Of a stretch of DNA of 64,000 nt, positions 44,178 to 54,649 are shown piece by piece. Under the pieces are notes generated by a model. It saw only the letters and a list, made by a program, of their open reading frames with translations, had not been told where the DNA came from and did not search any database. Source of the DNA: Bryobacteraceae bacterium (GTDB lineage Bacteria > Acidobacteriota > Terriglobia > Bryobacterales > Bryobacteraceae); NCBI GenBank assembly GCA_013388415.1, contig JACADU010000268.1:2901-66900 (forward strand). Direction: 5' to 3'. A program made the position numbers and the translations under genes. How positions within the stretch are numbered: position 1 is the stretch's first letter; the number at the start of each line of letters is the position of its first letter.

Positions 44178-45422
44178 ATGCGGTCACGCGGATTTAGCGG
44201 ATTGCCCGGCGGTTTGGGCGCGCAGGATATCGTCTGGCTTTGTCTGTTTTCGGGGCTCGGATGGGTGGCGCCGGAGCGGAACTGGGCGAGCCTGGAGATG
44301 ATCGGCGCCCTGGCGGCGCTTCAACTTCTGGCGCCGCGGGTTCGCGGCATGAACTCGCCCAAGGCGCTGGGCCTGCTGACCTTGGCCCAACTTACCGCGG
44401 GGTTTCTCCTGATCGGCGTCACCGGGAGCCTGAACTCGGATTTCTGGTTGATCCTGATCCTGCCCGTGGTCTCGTCCGCCACGCTGATGAGCGCCTGGGG
44501 GTGCGCGGCGTTCACGGCGCTGTCGAGCATCGCCTATCTCAGCTACATCCCGCTTGCCGGATGGTGGGGCTACGAGCTGAGCGGGGGCGCCTGGCGCCTC
44601 GTCGTTCTGCGGACTCTGTTCCTTGCCGTCGTCGCCTTTCTGACGTATACCCTGGCCGAATCGAACCGGCGGACTGCCCGGCAGGCGCGCGAATCGGCGG
44701 CGGAACTGGCCGAGGCAAACCGCCGCCTGGTGGAAGCCGAAGACTCGGTCCGGCGGGCAGAGAGACTCGCCGCGCTGGGCCAACTCACGGCAGGTCTCGC
44801 CCATGAACTCCGCAACCCCCTCGGCACCATCAAAGCGGCCGCCGAGGTGCTGGACCAACATAAAGACGAGTTGCCGCCGGTGGCCGCGGAACTGGCCGGC
44901 TACGTCTCATCGGAGGTGGACCGGACCAACTCACTCATTTCGCGATTCCTCGAGTTCGCCCGGCCCTTCAACCTCCGCTGCCAGCCGGTCGACCTCAACC
45001 GGCTGGCGGATCTGGCGATCGACCACATCGCGAGGGAGAACCCGGACCGCCCTCCGTTTATTCATCGCAACTACGAGCCGGGTCTGCCGCTGGTGAACGG
45101 GGACGAAGAGCTGCTTGAGAGGGTCCTGTTCAATCTGATCCAAAACGCGCTTCAGGCCTCGCCGCCCGATGCCGTCGTTACGGTGAAGACCCGAAGCGAT
45201 TCCGGCTTCGTAGAGGCGGCGATCCTGGATCGCGGCGTAGGGATTTCACCCGCCGACCGGGAGCAGATCTTCAATCCCTTCTACACGACCAAGGCAGGGG
45301 GAGTCGGCTTGGGGCTGGCCATCAGCGCGAAGATCGCCGACGAGCATCGCGGGACGATCGTTGTGGAGAGCGAGCCTGGCCGCGGTTCGACGTTTCTGTT
45401 GCGTCTGCCAGCGTTGACCTGA
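44178..45422 (+). CDS. sensor histidine kinase with six predicted TM helices and no extracytoplasmic or PAS domain
   Basis: H-box LAHELRNPLGTIKAAAEVL, N-box LFNLIQNALQA, and G-boxes DRGVGI / GGVGLGLAI. The 5' part of the track ORF (43722-44177) overlaps rpsA and is excluded. Confidence 0.85.
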   Translation: MRSRGFSGLPGGLGAQDIVWLCLFSGLGWVAPERNWASLEMIGALAALQLLAPRVRGMNSPKALGLLTLAQLTAGFLLIGVTGSLNSDFWLILILPVVSSATLMSAWGCAAFTALSSIAYLSYIPLAGWWGYELSGGAWRLVVLRTLFLAVVAFLTYTLAESNRRTARQARESAAELAEANRRLVEAEDSVRRAERLAALGQLTAGLAHELRNPLGTIKAAAEVLDQHKDELPPVAAELAGYVSSEVDRTNSLISRFLEFARPFNLRCQPVDLNRLADLAIDHIARENPDRPPFIHRNYEPGLPLVNGDEELLERVLFNLIQNALQASPPDAVVTVKTRSDSGFVEAAILDRGVGISPADREQIFNPFYTTKAGGVGLGLAISAKIADEHRGTIVVESEPGRGSTFLLRLPALT

Positions 45423-45593
45423 GCTTCAATCTATGTAAACAGATTCGCGGGCAGGGGATTTTTTTTGAATTCGACGAAACTTTTGGCGAACACTTTTTGC
45501 TCAGGCCCGTCTATCCATCATGCAGGGACTTGAAACGGAAGGGACCGCCGGGGCCTTCCCTTCGCGTCCGTCAGCGACTCAACGAGGAGCCGA

Positions 45594-45947
45594 GTGACGA
45601 TGACATCACCCGTTTTGGTTCACGATCACAGCTCAGGAAGCAACCTGGGAATCAAGAGACCGCCATCCGGCGAGAGCCGCTCATTGAGCGCCAGGCTGAC
45701 CCGGAAGGAAAGAGAATTGCTATCGATCCTGATGCAGAATCCGGGGCGTTGCATCAGCCGCGAGACACTGCTGCGCACCGTATGGAACTACGCCGAAGGA
45801 GCCCGGACGCGGACTGTCGACGTTCACGTTCAACGTCTTCGCCGCAAACTGGGCCAGGAGGCGAATTCGATCAAGACAATCGTGCGTCTTGGCTATTGCT
45901 GGTATCCGGACCCGGAATCCCTCAGCCGCCCGACCCCCGTCTGGTAG
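45594..45947 (+). CDS. stand-alone OmpR/PhoB-type winged-helix DNA-binding protein (no receiver domain)
   Basis: LTRKERELLSILMQNPGRCISRETLLRTVWNYAEGARTRTVDVHVQRLRRKLGQEANSIKTIVRLGY is a Trans_reg_C pattern. AGGAG lies before the GTG/ATG. The upstream frame is closed by a stop about 60 nt before the start, so no receiver domain can be encoded. Confidence 0.75.
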   Translation: MTMTSPVLVHDHSSGSNLGIKRPPSGESRSLSARLTRKERELLSILMQNPGRCISRETLLRTVWNYAEGARTRTVDVHVQRLRRKLGQEANSIKTIVRLGYCWYPDPESLSRPTPVW

Positions 45948-46043
45948 CCTGTTCCTCTCCTCCCCGGTTTGCGCGAAATCTCGTGCAACGGGTTTGCCTT
46001 TGCGCCGCGTCTACCCGATTTGAGAACATCGAACGGGCGCAAT

Positions 46044-47405
46044 ATGAAGCCGCGGATTCTGATCGTCGAAGACGAGGAGAAGCTGCGGCGCGTCCTGGAG
46101 CTTCACCTCGAGTCGGCGGGCTACGAAGTCGATGCCGTGGCGAACGCTGAAGAGGGGCTGAAGCGTGCCGATGCCGCCTCGCTGATCCTCACGGACTTGA
46201 GGCTTCCGTCGATGGACGGCATGGCGTTTCTCGAAAGCATCCGCCGCAGCAATCCCACGACGCCGGTCGTCGTGATGACCGCTTTCGGCACAGTGGAACT
46301 CGCCGTCGAGGCGATGAAGAAGGGCGCGGCGGACTTTCTGCCGAAGCCGTTCTCGCTGGACCATCTCAACGCGGTTGTCCGGAAGGCACTCGAAGTGCTT
46401 TCCCTGCGCAATGAGAATATCCGGCTGAAGGAAGAGCTGGGCAAGCGCTACCATTTCGACAGCATCGTCGGCGCGGGGCCGAAGATGCAGGAGATCCTGG
46501 GGGCCATTGCCAGAGTGGCTCCGACGAGAACCACGGTGCTGCTTTGCGGCGAAAGCGGAGTCGGCAAGGACCTCATCGCACGCACTCTCCACCATCACTC
46601 GCCGCGCGCGACGCAACCGTTCGTCAAGATCAACTGCACAGCGATCCCCGAAAACCTGATGGAGAGCGAGCTGTTCGGCTTCGAGAAGGGGGCGTTCACG
46701 GGGGCGGTCGCCGCCAAGCCGGGCAAGTTTGAGCAGGCCGACGGCGGCACGGTCTTTCTGGACGAAATCGGCGATGTCCCTCTGGCGATCCAGGTGAAGC
46801 TGCTGCGAGTGCTTCAGGAGCGTGAATTCGAGAGGTTGGGATCGAACAAGACGCGCAAGATCGACGTGCGGGTGATCGCGGCGACCAACGTCGATCTGCG
46901 CCGCGCGCTCGAGGAGGGAAACTTCCGCGAGGACCTCTACTACCGTTTGAATGTCTTTCCAATGACCATCCCTCCGCTGCGCGAGCGCCGAGAGGACATC
47001 CCCGATCTCGCCCAGCGGTTTCTGGAGCGCTTCGCGCGCGAATCAGGATCGAGGGCGCGGGCGATCAGCGCCAGCGCGATGGAGAAGCTGGTCGCCTACG
47101 ACTGGCCGGGCAACGTCCGAGAACTCGAGAACGCCATCGAGCGCAGTCTGATCTACGTTCAGGGCGAGACGATCCAACCGGAAGACATCCGCCTCGACTA
47201 CGCGCCCCGGAGAGGCGGCGCTGCGCTGCCCAACGGCTCGCCCGGCAGTTTTCTGCCGGAGGGCGTGACGCTGGAGGAGCACGAGAGGCAGTTGATTCGG
47301 GAGGCGCTGAAACGCGCCGGGGGCAACAAGAGCCAGGCGGCGAGGCTGCTCGGGCTGACGCGAAACGCGCTGCGCTACCGGTTGGCGCAGATGGGTCTCG
47401 AATGA
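46044..47405 (+). CDS. sigma54-dependent response regulator (NtrC family)
   Basis: Receiver domain ([13 protein letters not shown]), AAA+ domain ([37 protein letters not shown]), and a C-terminal Fis-type HTH ([20 protein letters not shown]). Confidence 0.95.
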   Translation: MKPRILIVEDEEKLRRVLELHLESAGYEVDAVANAEEGLKRADAASLILTDLRLPSMDGMAFLESIRRSNPTTPVVVMTAFGTVELAVEAMKKGAADFLPKPFSLDHLNAVVRKALEVLSLRNENIRLKEELGKRYHFDSIVGAGPKMQEILGAIARVAPTRTTVLLCGESGVGKDLIARTLHHHSPRATQPFVKINCTAIPENLMESELFGFEKGAFTGAVAAKPGKFEQADGGTVFLDEIGDVPLAIQVKLLRVLQEREFERLGSNKTRKIDVRVIAATNVDLRRALEEGNFREDLYYRLNVFPMTIPPLRERREDIPDLAQRFLERFARESGSRARAISASAMEKLVAYDWPGNVRELENAIERSLIYVQGETIQPEDIRLDYAPRRGGAALPNGSPGSFLPEGVTLEEHERQLIREALKRAGGNKSQAARLLGLTRNALRYRLAQMGLE

Positions 47406-47409
47406 GTTG

Positions 47410-48282
47410 TCACCGGCCGGGCCTGTCGAGCCAGGTTTTGACGATGGTCGAGACGAGGATCACGGCGCCCCCGCCCAGCGCCCAAAGCGAGGGCCGCTCA
47501 CCGAGCGCCCACCACGTCACCACCGGGTTCATGACCGGCTCGGCCAGCAGCAGGGTCGCCGACTCGAACGCGGGCACGCGGCGCATTCCGCGCGTCAACA
47601 GCCCATAGGCGAGCCCGATCTGGCAAAGGCCCAGGAAGAGGATCAACCAGACGTCGGAAGCCTGCCATCGAACAATGGGAAACGCCATCGGGGCGCACGC
47701 CGCGAAAGCAATCAGGTTTCCCGCCGCGACCACCGAAATGGCCGTGCCCGTCCTGCTGGCGCCGCGCCGGAGCGCGATCAGCGTGATGGCATAGGTGAAG
47801 CCCGACCCAAGGGCAAGCCAGTTGCCGGAGACCTCATCGGGGGCAGTCGCCGCCGGGGAACTCTCTCCGCGAAACAGCAGCAGCATCCCCGCCAGAAGCG
47901 TAATCGAGTAGATGATCTCCCGCCGGCCGATCCGCTCTTTGAGGATCACCGGCGCGAGAAAGAGCATGAAGGCGGGCGCCGTCGACTGAAGGAAGATCGC
48001 GTTGGCGGAGGTGGTCAGCTTGTTGGCCAGAACGAACAGGACCAACGTGGCGGCGTAGGCGCACCCGGCAGGGACGACGCCGGGCGAAAGACCCTTCCGA
48101 GCTTCCGGCAACACAGCGAACAGGACGAGCCCGGCGACCAAGCTTCTGAGCGACGCCGTCTGCCAGCCCGTCAGCGTCAAGCTCTTAATCGCCGCGCCGC
48201 CAGTGGAGAACAACAGCGCCGCAGCAACAACCATCAGTCGGCTCGACCATGGCGGAGCAGGTGTCGCGGCTTCTTGCTGCAT
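47410..48282 (-). CDS. EamA/DMT-family transporter
   Basis: 290-aa polytopic protein with about 10 TM helices and an internally duplicated EamA-like pattern. Confidence 0.75.
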   Translation of the reverse strand: MQQEAATPAPPWSSRLMVVAAALLFSTGGAAIKSLTLTGWQTASLRSLVAGLVLFAVLPEARKGLSPGVVPAGCAYAATLVLFVLANKLTTSANAIFLQSTAPAFMLFLAPVILKERIGRREIIYSITLLAGMLLLFRGESSPAATAPDEVSGNWLALGSGFTYAITLIALRRGASRTGTAISVVAAGNLIAFAACAPMAFPIVRWQASDVWLILFLGLCQIGLAYGLLTRGMRRVPAFESATLLLAEPVMNPVVTWWALGERPSLWALGGGAVILVSTIVKTWLDRPGR

Positions 48283-48355
48283 GAAGGACGAGACAGCATT
48301 CTACGCCAAATTGATACGATTCCAGTGAGGCCGCCGCGACGCCCGGCGCGGCCGA

Positions 48356-49405
48356 TTGGAGCCCGTCTTGTTCGATCTCAAGGAACACCCGCACAAACGC
48401 CACAACCCTCTGACCGGCGAGTGGGTGCTGGTCTCGCCGCACCGCACCAAACGCCCCTGGCAGGGGCAGGTGGAGAAACTGCCGCCTGACGAGCGCCCTG
48501 CGTACGACCCGAAGTGCTACCTCTGCCCGGGCAACGAGAGGGCCGGCGGCCACATCAATCCCCCGTATTCGAGCACTTTTGTTTTCACCAACGATTTTTC
48601 GGCTCTGCTTGAAGCCACGCCCGGCGGAGCAGTGGACGAGGCCGGCCTACTGAGGGCGGTCAGCGAATCGGGCGTCTGCAAGGTCGTCTGCTTTTCTCCC
48701 GCGCACAACCTGACGGTGGCCGAAATGGACCTTCCGGGCATGCGCGCCGTGGTCGACACGTGGGTTGAGGAATACTGCCAGCTTTCGGCGCGGCGCGACA
48801 TCGCTTACGTCGAAATCTTCGAGAATCGCGGTGAAATGATGGGATGCAGCAACCCACACCCACACTGCCAAATCTGGGCGAGTTCGAGCCTGCCGAACGA
48901 GGTCTTGAAGGAAGACGCATCACAATGGGGCTGGTTCGAACGCGCGGGACGAACCCTGCTGGCGGACTACCTGGCGCTCGAATTGTCCCGGGGCGAGCGG
49001 ATTGTCTGCGCGAACGATTCCTTCGTGGCGCTGGTTCCTTTTTGGGCGTTGTGGCCCTATGAGGTTCTGGTCGTCAGCCGCCGCCCGTTCAGCGGCATGG
49101 ACAGCATGACCGGGGAGGAGCGCGACTGCCTGGCGGCGATTCTGAGGGAAGTCGCGACGCGGTACGACAACCTCTTCGAGGTCTCGTTCCCGTACACGAT
49201 GGGCTTCCATCAGATGCCGGGCGGAGCGCACCCCCATTGGCACTTCCACGCGCACTACTACCCGCCGCTGCTGCGCTCGGCGACTGTCCGCAAGTTCATG
49301 GTCGGTTATGAAATGCTGGCGACGCCGCAGCGCGACATCACCGCGGAAGCCGCCGCCGAAAGGCTCAGAGCGCTGCCGCGGACTCACTACAAACTGAGAG
49401 GCTGA
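48356..49405 (+). CDS. galT: galactose-1-phosphate uridylyltransferase
   Basis: [32 protein letters not shown] and the HPHCQIWA active-site His-Pro-His. TTG start. Confidence 0.9.
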   Translation: MEPVLFDLKEHPHKRHNPLTGEWVLVSPHRTKRPWQGQVEKLPPDERPAYDPKCYLCPGNERAGGHINPPYSSTFVFTNDFSALLEATPGGAVDEAGLLRAVSESGVCKVVCFSPAHNLTVAEMDLPGMRAVVDTWVEEYCQLSARRDIAYVEIFENRGEMMGCSNPHPHCQIWASSSLPNEVLKEDASQWGWFERAGRTLLADYLALELSRGERIVCANDSFVALVPFWALWPYEVLVVSRRPFSGMDSMTGEERDCLAAILREVATRYDNLFEVSFPYTMGFHQMPGGAHPHWHFHAHYYPPLLRSATVRKFMVGYEMLATPQRDITAEAAAERLRALPRTHYKLRG

Positions 49406-49450
49406 TGACGCGCCGGCGCGCCGCGGGTCGCGTGGATTGCGCGCTCCGGC

Positions 49451-50620
49451 TCACACCTTGACAGCCGGATCCACAGCCCTCTTCTCGTTGCCGAGCGCAT
49501 GGCGGAGGGCGTTCTCCAGCGCTTCGCAGAAGAAGTATTCGCCCCACATGACGCTTTCGCCGACGCCGAGATCCTTGTGCACGTGGTAGACTCCGCCCTT
49601 GAGAATCCCCTCCCACTTCGATTCCTTCTTCGCCACATGCTTCTCGCAAAGGGTCCGAAGAATGTGCAGAGCGCACGACCAATAATAAAAGCCCTTCACC
49701 GGGTCGGGCAGCATCCGGCAAAGCCGCATCAGTCCGCCCGCGGCAATGGCCGCGGCCGAAGTATCGAGCAGCTTCCTGCTTTCTGGCGGAGCCTGAAAGT
49801 CCAATGGCGGAACGCCGTCGTGATTGGTGTGCGTCAGGTAATAATCGGCGCATGCCTGAGCGGTCTCGAGGAACCGCGGGTCGCGCGTGTACTCATAGCA
49901 GCTTCCGAAACCGTACAGCGCCCACGCCAGCCCGCGCGACCAGCACGAGTCGCCCCTGAAGCCCTGGTGCGTCGTCTGCCGCAGGAACTCTCCGGTTTCG
50001 AGATCGAAGAGCCCTTCATGCGCGGTCGAGCCGTCGCCGCGCACCAGGTAGCGCCGCGTCGTCAGAGCATGCCTCGTCGCGATGTCGAGCAGCTTCCGGT
50101 CGTTGGTTTCCCGCGCGGCGTAGAAAATAATCCCGACGTTCATCATGATGTCGATGAAAATCGAGTCCTCGCTGACGAAGGAGCGCAGATACTTTCCCTT
50201 TTCATTGAAGCGCAGCGCCATCGTCTTGCCGGCCTGAATCAGCACATCCCGCAGCTTCGGCTCCCGCGTTTGCTGATACCAGCGGTAATACGTCGAAAGG
50301 AAGATGAATCCCAGGTCGTGAACGTCGCGATCGAACTGCCTCGGCTCGAGCGGCCGCGTGTAGTCGATCGCCTTTTGCAGCCAATCCTTCCCGTTCTTGC
50401 CCGCCTCCACGGCGCGGCGGTGGAAGATCCACATCATGCCGGGCAGGAAACCGTCGCACCAGTGAGTCCATGCCGGACCATCGTGCTTCCAGCGGCCGTT
50501 CTTGGTGTACATCGGGTAGAAGCCCGGGTGGGCCTCCGTCAGGCGCAATACCTGCCGCTCCGCGAAGTCCAAGGTGTCGGCCAGCAGGCTCCTGTCGATC
50601 TCCGGTCCAAACTGAATCAC
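49451..50620 (-). CDS. GH88-like unsaturated glucuronyl hydrolase (no signal peptide)
   Basis: WTHWCDGFLPGMMW, VHDLGFIF, IDIMMNVG, CWSRGLAWALYG, DTSAAAIAAGGL and WGEYFFCEAL blocks. Confidence 0.8.
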   Translation of the reverse strand: MIQFGPEIDRSLLADTLDFAERQVLRLTEAHPGFYPMYTKNGRWKHDGPAWTHWCDGFLPGMMWIFHRRAVEAGKNGKDWLQKAIDYTRPLEPRQFDRDVHDLGFIFLSTYYRWYQQTREPKLRDVLIQAGKTMALRFNEKGKYLRSFVSEDSIFIDIMMNVGIIFYAARETNDRKLLDIATRHALTTRRYLVRGDGSTAHEGLFDLETGEFLRQTTHQGFRGDSCWSRGLAWALYGFGSCYEYTRDPRFLETAQACADYYLTHTNHDGVPPLDFQAPPESRKLLDTSAAAIAAGGLMRLCRMLPDPVKGFYYWSCALHILRTLCEKHVAKKESKWEGILKGGVYHVHKDLGVGESVMWGEYFFCEALENALRHALGNEKRAVDPAVKV

Positions 50621-50634
50621 GGCTGAACTGCTCC

Positions 50635-51906
50635 TTAATCATCCAGGGTACGCCAAAGCATTTCATAGCCGCTCGAAAGGCGTTTGTCTGCCCGCACGAC
50701 GATCAGGCTTGCCCCCGGCTCGACGTCGCCAAGTTTCAATCGCTCCTGCGCGAGTTGCTGCCGCGGAACCCCTTTGAGCAGCATGGACATCGAATTTTCG
50801 AGCACATTACGGTCCACTTCCGCCTTGAACCTGCCCGTTTTGTTGCCGGATTCGAACCGCTCCGGCAACAGGGCCAGCCAGCAGTGGGAGATGGGCGAGC
50901 TGGAACAGGCCAATTTGCTCACCCGCAGGCTGACCTTTGTTCCTTTCTCCAGCAGCACGACCTCGCGCCGCTTCACGGACCTGTTCACTTCCACCTCAAT
51001 CAGGTCCCCTCGCGCCGCCTTTTCGAGGTCCAGGGTCTTGCTCAACCGCAACGGCACTGGCAAGCCGCCGGGCAGCGTCACCTCCACTTTGCTCTCCACC
51101 GCCTTGGTCTCCACGGGTTCCTCGAAGATCAGCGTCGATTCGCCTGTATACTGCCGGCATCCGCTGAAGGTCATCACATTCCGGCTCTCGGCGCCATTGA
51201 TCTGCGTCAGGGTCATCTCCATCGAGACCGGCAGGAGGAAATCATCGTGCCCGATCGGCAGCCGCTTATACCGGATTCGCTTCTCCCCCCGCTTCAGGGG
51301 GAGGTTCGGCGGGATCTCGTCGATGATCGTCTCCAGCATCACGAGGTCGAGAGTCTCTTTGTCATGCCAGACTGAGCCGCTGTAACCGACCACTCCCTCT
51401 TCCGGCGGCATTCGCATGATGTAGCCGCTCGAGGCCATGGGCACGCGATAGCCGATCCTGTAGACGGGCCGCCCGCCGAGGGTTTCGATCACATGGGGCT
51501 CGAACTTTGCCGACGGTCCGAGCAGCACCGATTTGGCGTGCAGCGCGAAGTCGCCCGTCCCAATCGCTCCCTGACCGCCCACCATCTTTGGCAAGTCCCT
51601 CTCCTCAAACCGGTTCTCCCCAGGCCATGCGTACAGCTCCTTGCCGTCGACGTATGCCACCTCCAGGCGGATGGTGTCAAGAAACTCGTATTTCCTGGCC
51701 GGCGACAACCGCCTGCTCCGCTCGATCGTCTCCACGCAGGTGAAGTTCGGGAGCCGCACAAACGTCTGAGCCGCGACCACGCGAATCCGGCCGATGAGGA
51801 TCTCCTCCGGCGTCAGCGGCTTCAGCGGATCGTATGTCTGCTGGGCCGCCGCGCACCACGCCGCCGCGAGAATCAGGCGCGCCAAGCGGCCCCACATGCC
51901 GCACAT
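50635..51906 (-). CDS. hypothetical exported protein
   Basis: Signal peptide RLARLILAAAWCAAAQQ from the ATG at 51906 (or 51897). Lies 14 nt upstream of the GH88 gene. I recognise no family. Confidence 0.6.
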   Translation of the reverse strand: MCGMWGRLARLILAAAWCAAAQQTYDPLKPLTPEEILIGRIRVVAAQTFVRLPNFTCVETIERSRRLSPARKYEFLDTIRLEVAYVDGKELYAWPGENRFEERDLPKMVGGQGAIGTGDFALHAKSVLLGPSAKFEPHVIETLGGRPVYRIGYRVPMASSGYIMRMPPEEGVVGYSGSVWHDKETLDLVMLETIIDEIPPNLPLKRGEKRIRYKRLPIGHDDFLLPVSMEMTLTQINGAESRNVMTFSGCRQYTGESTLIFEEPVETKAVESKVEVTLPGGLPVPLRLSKTLDLEKAARGDLIEVEVNRSVKRREVVLLEKGTKVSLRVSKLACSSSPISHCWLALLPERFESGNKTGRFKAEVDRNVLENSMSMLLKGVPRQQLAQERLKLGDVEPGASLIVVRADKRLSSGYEMLWRTLDD

Positions 51907-51950
51907 TATGCCATTTCTCGCTGGCGGTCTCCGCTTGCTAATCTCAGGGA

Positions 51951-52190
51951 ATGGCAATGAAGATCATCATCCGCAACAACGGTCCCATTCGCGTCGAGGG
52001 AGCGCCGGAAGAGCTCATCATTGAAGACGCGCAGGGCAAGACCTATGGGCTCGCCGGCCGTGGTGTCATTTCCCTCTGCCGCTGCGGCTTCTCAGAAAAC
52101 AAGCCATTCTGTGACGGCGCCCATGGCCGCAACGGCTTCCAGTCGGTCTGCGAAGCCCGGGAACTGCCTCCTCCCGCGCCGAAGGCCTGA
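51951..52190 (+). CDS. CDGSH iron-sulfur domain protein
   Basis: CRCGFSENKPFCDGAH matches C-x-C-x2-S-x3-P-x-C-D-G-A-H. Confidence 0.85.
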   Translation: MAMKIIIRNNGPIRVEGAPEELIIEDAQGKTYGLAGRGVISLCRCGFSENKPFCDGAHGRNGFQSVCEARELPPPAPKA

Positions 52191-52193
52191 ACG

Positions 52194-52928
52194 TTGCCGC
52201 AGTCCGCTTCCCTGGCGCGCCGCCTGTGGTCCTGGTTCGCCGTCATTCCGGCGTCGTTTTTCACGACCGGGGTGCTGATTACCATCGCCATCGCCACGAG
52301 CGTGGTTGCTCCCTCCGGCGCGTGGCAGCAGTTCCTGTATCGCCTGTGGGCTCGCATGGTCCTTCGGATCTGTGGGGTGGGCGGCGTTCGCGTCAGCGGC
52401 GCCGAATTGCTGTCGCCGGCGAACAACTACGTCTTTGTCTCCAACCATTTGAGCCTCATGGATACGCCGGTCCTCCTGCGCCACCTGCCCGTGCCGTTCA
52501 AGTTTCTGGCCAAGAAGGAACTTCTCAAGGTGCCCTTCATCGGGTGGTATCTGCGCCGCGCGGGACACTTGACGGTCGACCGCGGCAGTATCCGCTCGAG
52601 CCTCAAGAGCATGAACGAGTGCGCCGCCACCATCCGGGACCGCCGGCTCAGCGTCCTCATCTTCGCCGAAGGCACGCGCGGCGGCGGCGAACTTCAACCC
52701 TTCAAAGAAGGCGCCGCGTACCTGTCGATCCAATCAGGCGTGCCGGCGGCGCCGCTGGCGATTGTCGGCACCAATCACATCCTGCCGGCGCGATCCTCCA
52801 TTTTCGGCTCAGGCGAGGTCGAGCTTCGCATCGGCGAGCCGGTTTCGCCCGCGGGGTACTCGTTGAAGGACCGCGCGGCGTTCACCTCGCTGCTGGAGAA
52901 CAAGGTCAGGGCGTTGTTGAACGCCTGA
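52194..52928 (+). CDS. plsC: 1-acyl-sn-glycerol-3-phosphate acyltransferase
   Basis: VSNHLSLMDTPVL (HX4D) and IFAEGTRG. TTG start 3 nt after the CDGSH stop. The 3' end overlaps the convergent S41 gene by 23 nt. Confidence 0.85.
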   Translation: MPQSASLARRLWSWFAVIPASFFTTGVLITIAIATSVVAPSGAWQQFLYRLWARMVLRICGVGGVRVSGAELLSPANNYVFVSNHLSLMDTPVLLRHLPVPFKFLAKKELLKVPFIGWYLRRAGHLTVDRGSIRSSLKSMNECAATIRDRRLSVLIFAEGTRGGGELQPFKEGAAYLSIQSGVPAAPLAIVGTNHILPARSSIFGSGEVELRIGEPVSPAGYSLKDRAAFTSLLENKVRALLNA

Positions 52929-54573
52929 TTTGATCGACGATTGCCGCGGTGAATCCATCCACGTAGGCTTTGCCCCCGTTCATCAGGTTGTCTCTGGTCT
53001 GGTAGTCGAGCTCGATGTCCGGCAGCGCGCCGATATTCTCGAGGTAGGGCGCGGCGGGCAGCCCCGGGACCTGATAGCTCTTGGCGCGAACGCCGAGAGT
53101 CATGCTGAGCGTCGCTCTCGTTTCACCAAAAGTACCCGTCGAAAACTGGTTCACGAGCCCCCCGCCGCCGGCGGTCTGCCTGCCAACCATCAGCGCGCGC
53201 CCGGCGTCCTGCAAGACCGCCGGGAACGCGTCGGCGGAAGAGGTGGAGAATTCGTCGATCAGCACGATCATCGGCTTGTCGAAAGCGGTCACGCTGCCGC
53301 TCGCCGCCCGCGCGGGCTCGAGATCCAGCGAATAACCGCACGCAGGCAGCGGACCGGTTCTCCCGCGGTACTCTTTGTACGCCGTATCGATGTCGTCATA
53401 AAACGCCTTGAGGTATGCCAGGATTACCGGATCGGTCCCGTACTCCCGGTAGTCCTCGTATTCAGCCCGGAAGGCGAGCACCACATCGAGCGTGGGCCTA
53501 TACTCATCGCCAATCGTTCGGAACGGGTAGTAAATCAGCCGCCGCAACAGCTCATTGGTCAGGCATACGTCGCCGCCGGGGTTTCTGGTGACATCGACCA
53601 CCAGCCCGTCCACGTTGTTCCGGAAGAAGAGCAGCTCCGATTCCACCGCCCGCAGCATCGCGGACGCGCTGCTTCCGCTGGGGAACGACGGGATGCGGAG
53701 ATAACCGATCCGGTAGCCTTCCGCAATGTATGTCCCGGTGTATATGGGATCCGATTGCGAATTGCCGTACCGCACCGCGAAACCTTGCGGCGGGGTCCAA
53801 AGCGGGGCCACCCTCCCGAAGCCGCGCAACCGCTTGAATTGCGGCGCGCGGCGAGTTTGAAGCGGGCTCGCCTCGCCGCGCCGAGTCTCGGCGAACCGGC
53901 CCATCAAGGATCTCGCCGGCGATGGAACCGGTCCCGCCGCCAGTAGCGGCGTTCCGGTCTTCCGCCAGGGGACATCGTAGGACTCCTCTTGCGCGGTGGC
54001 CGCCCTCCGCACCACCACCCGTGCCGTGGCGCCGATCTCGTGCGCCCGCGGAAACGCCTGCTGGACCCGGTAAAAGATCTGGTCCAACGCCCAGCGCCGC
54101 GTCGCCGAGGGATTGGCGAAACTTTGCAGCCGCGAGACCCGCTCGATCCATTCCTCGGGTGTCTCGCCGTCCACGGAGATCAGCTCGTCGCCCACCTGAA
54201 ACGGATAGGCTGCCTCCGGAAGCTGCCGCCGGTCGATGAACTCGATCAGCGGCTTGCCGTCGTACAGGTCCACGTAGATGTCGATCTCAGCCGTGAAGTC
54301 CGACCGCACCTCGAATCCCGAATGCAGGTCCCGCAGGCTGGCGATGTACTCCGAGCAGATCTCCCAGAACTCCAGATCGTCCTTCGATTTCGACACGCGC
54401 TCCAGCCAGTCCCCGATTCTCAGCGCGTCCACTCCGAACGCATCGCGCTTCCATTCGTAGGGAGCGTAGGCCTTGGAAACCGTCGCCGCCAGTTGCTCGA
54501 AATCCGCTACCCTTTGAGCGGGCGTCATCTGCCCCCATCCGAGCGCCGCGGCAGCCAGAAAGACCAATCCCAT
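52906..54573 (-). CDS. S41-family peptidase (tail-specific-protease-like), exported
   Basis: Signal MGLVFLAAAALGWG, a PDZ-like VGDELISVDGETPEEW, and the catalytic-region IVLIDEFSTSSADAFPAVLQDAGRALMVGRQTAGGGG. Confidence 0.8.
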   Translation of the reverse strand: MGLVFLAAAALGWGQMTPAQRVADFEQLAATVSKAYAPYEWKRDAFGVDALRIGDWLERVSKSKDDLEFWEICSEYIASLRDLHSGFEVRSDFTAEIDIYVDLYDGKPLIEFIDRRQLPEAAYPFQVGDELISVDGETPEEWIERVSRLQSFANPSATRRWALDQIFYRVQQAFPRAHEIGATARVVVRRAATAQEESYDVPWRKTGTPLLAAGPVPSPARSLMGRFAETRRGEASPLQTRRAPQFKRLRGFGRVAPLWTPPQGFAVRYGNSQSDPIYTGTYIAEGYRIGYLRIPSFPSGSSASAMLRAVESELLFFRNNVDGLVVDVTRNPGGDVCLTNELLRRLIYYPFRTIGDEYRPTLDVVLAFRAEYEDYREYGTDPVILAYLKAFYDDIDTAYKEYRGRTGPLPACGYSLDLEPARAASGSVTAFDKPMIVLIDEFSTSSADAFPAVLQDAGRALMVGRQTAGGGGLVNQFSTGTFGETRATLSMTLGVRAKSYQVPGLPAAPYLENIGALPDIELDYQTRDNLMNGGKAYVDGFTAAIVDQIRRSTTP

Positions 54574-54649
54574 GCAAGGGAGGTTCCGGCTTCGCCGGTC
54601 CGAATTGATAGAATGGCGGCTTGCCGCTTGCGCGGCCCGTGGAGGTTGT

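Noticed and set aside
45484-45501. TGGCGAACACTTTTTGCT, a sigma54-looking motif upstream of the wHTH gene.
   Set aside because: The GG and GC elements are separated by 12 nt instead of 10, and sigma54 tolerates essentially no spacing change.
49409-49420. Perfect 12-nt palindrome CGCGCCGGCGCG between galT and the GH88 gene as a terminator.
   Set aside because: It would form only a 4-bp stem with a 4-nt loop (or a loop-less duplex) and has no flanking U-tract. It is most likely just GC-rich sequence.
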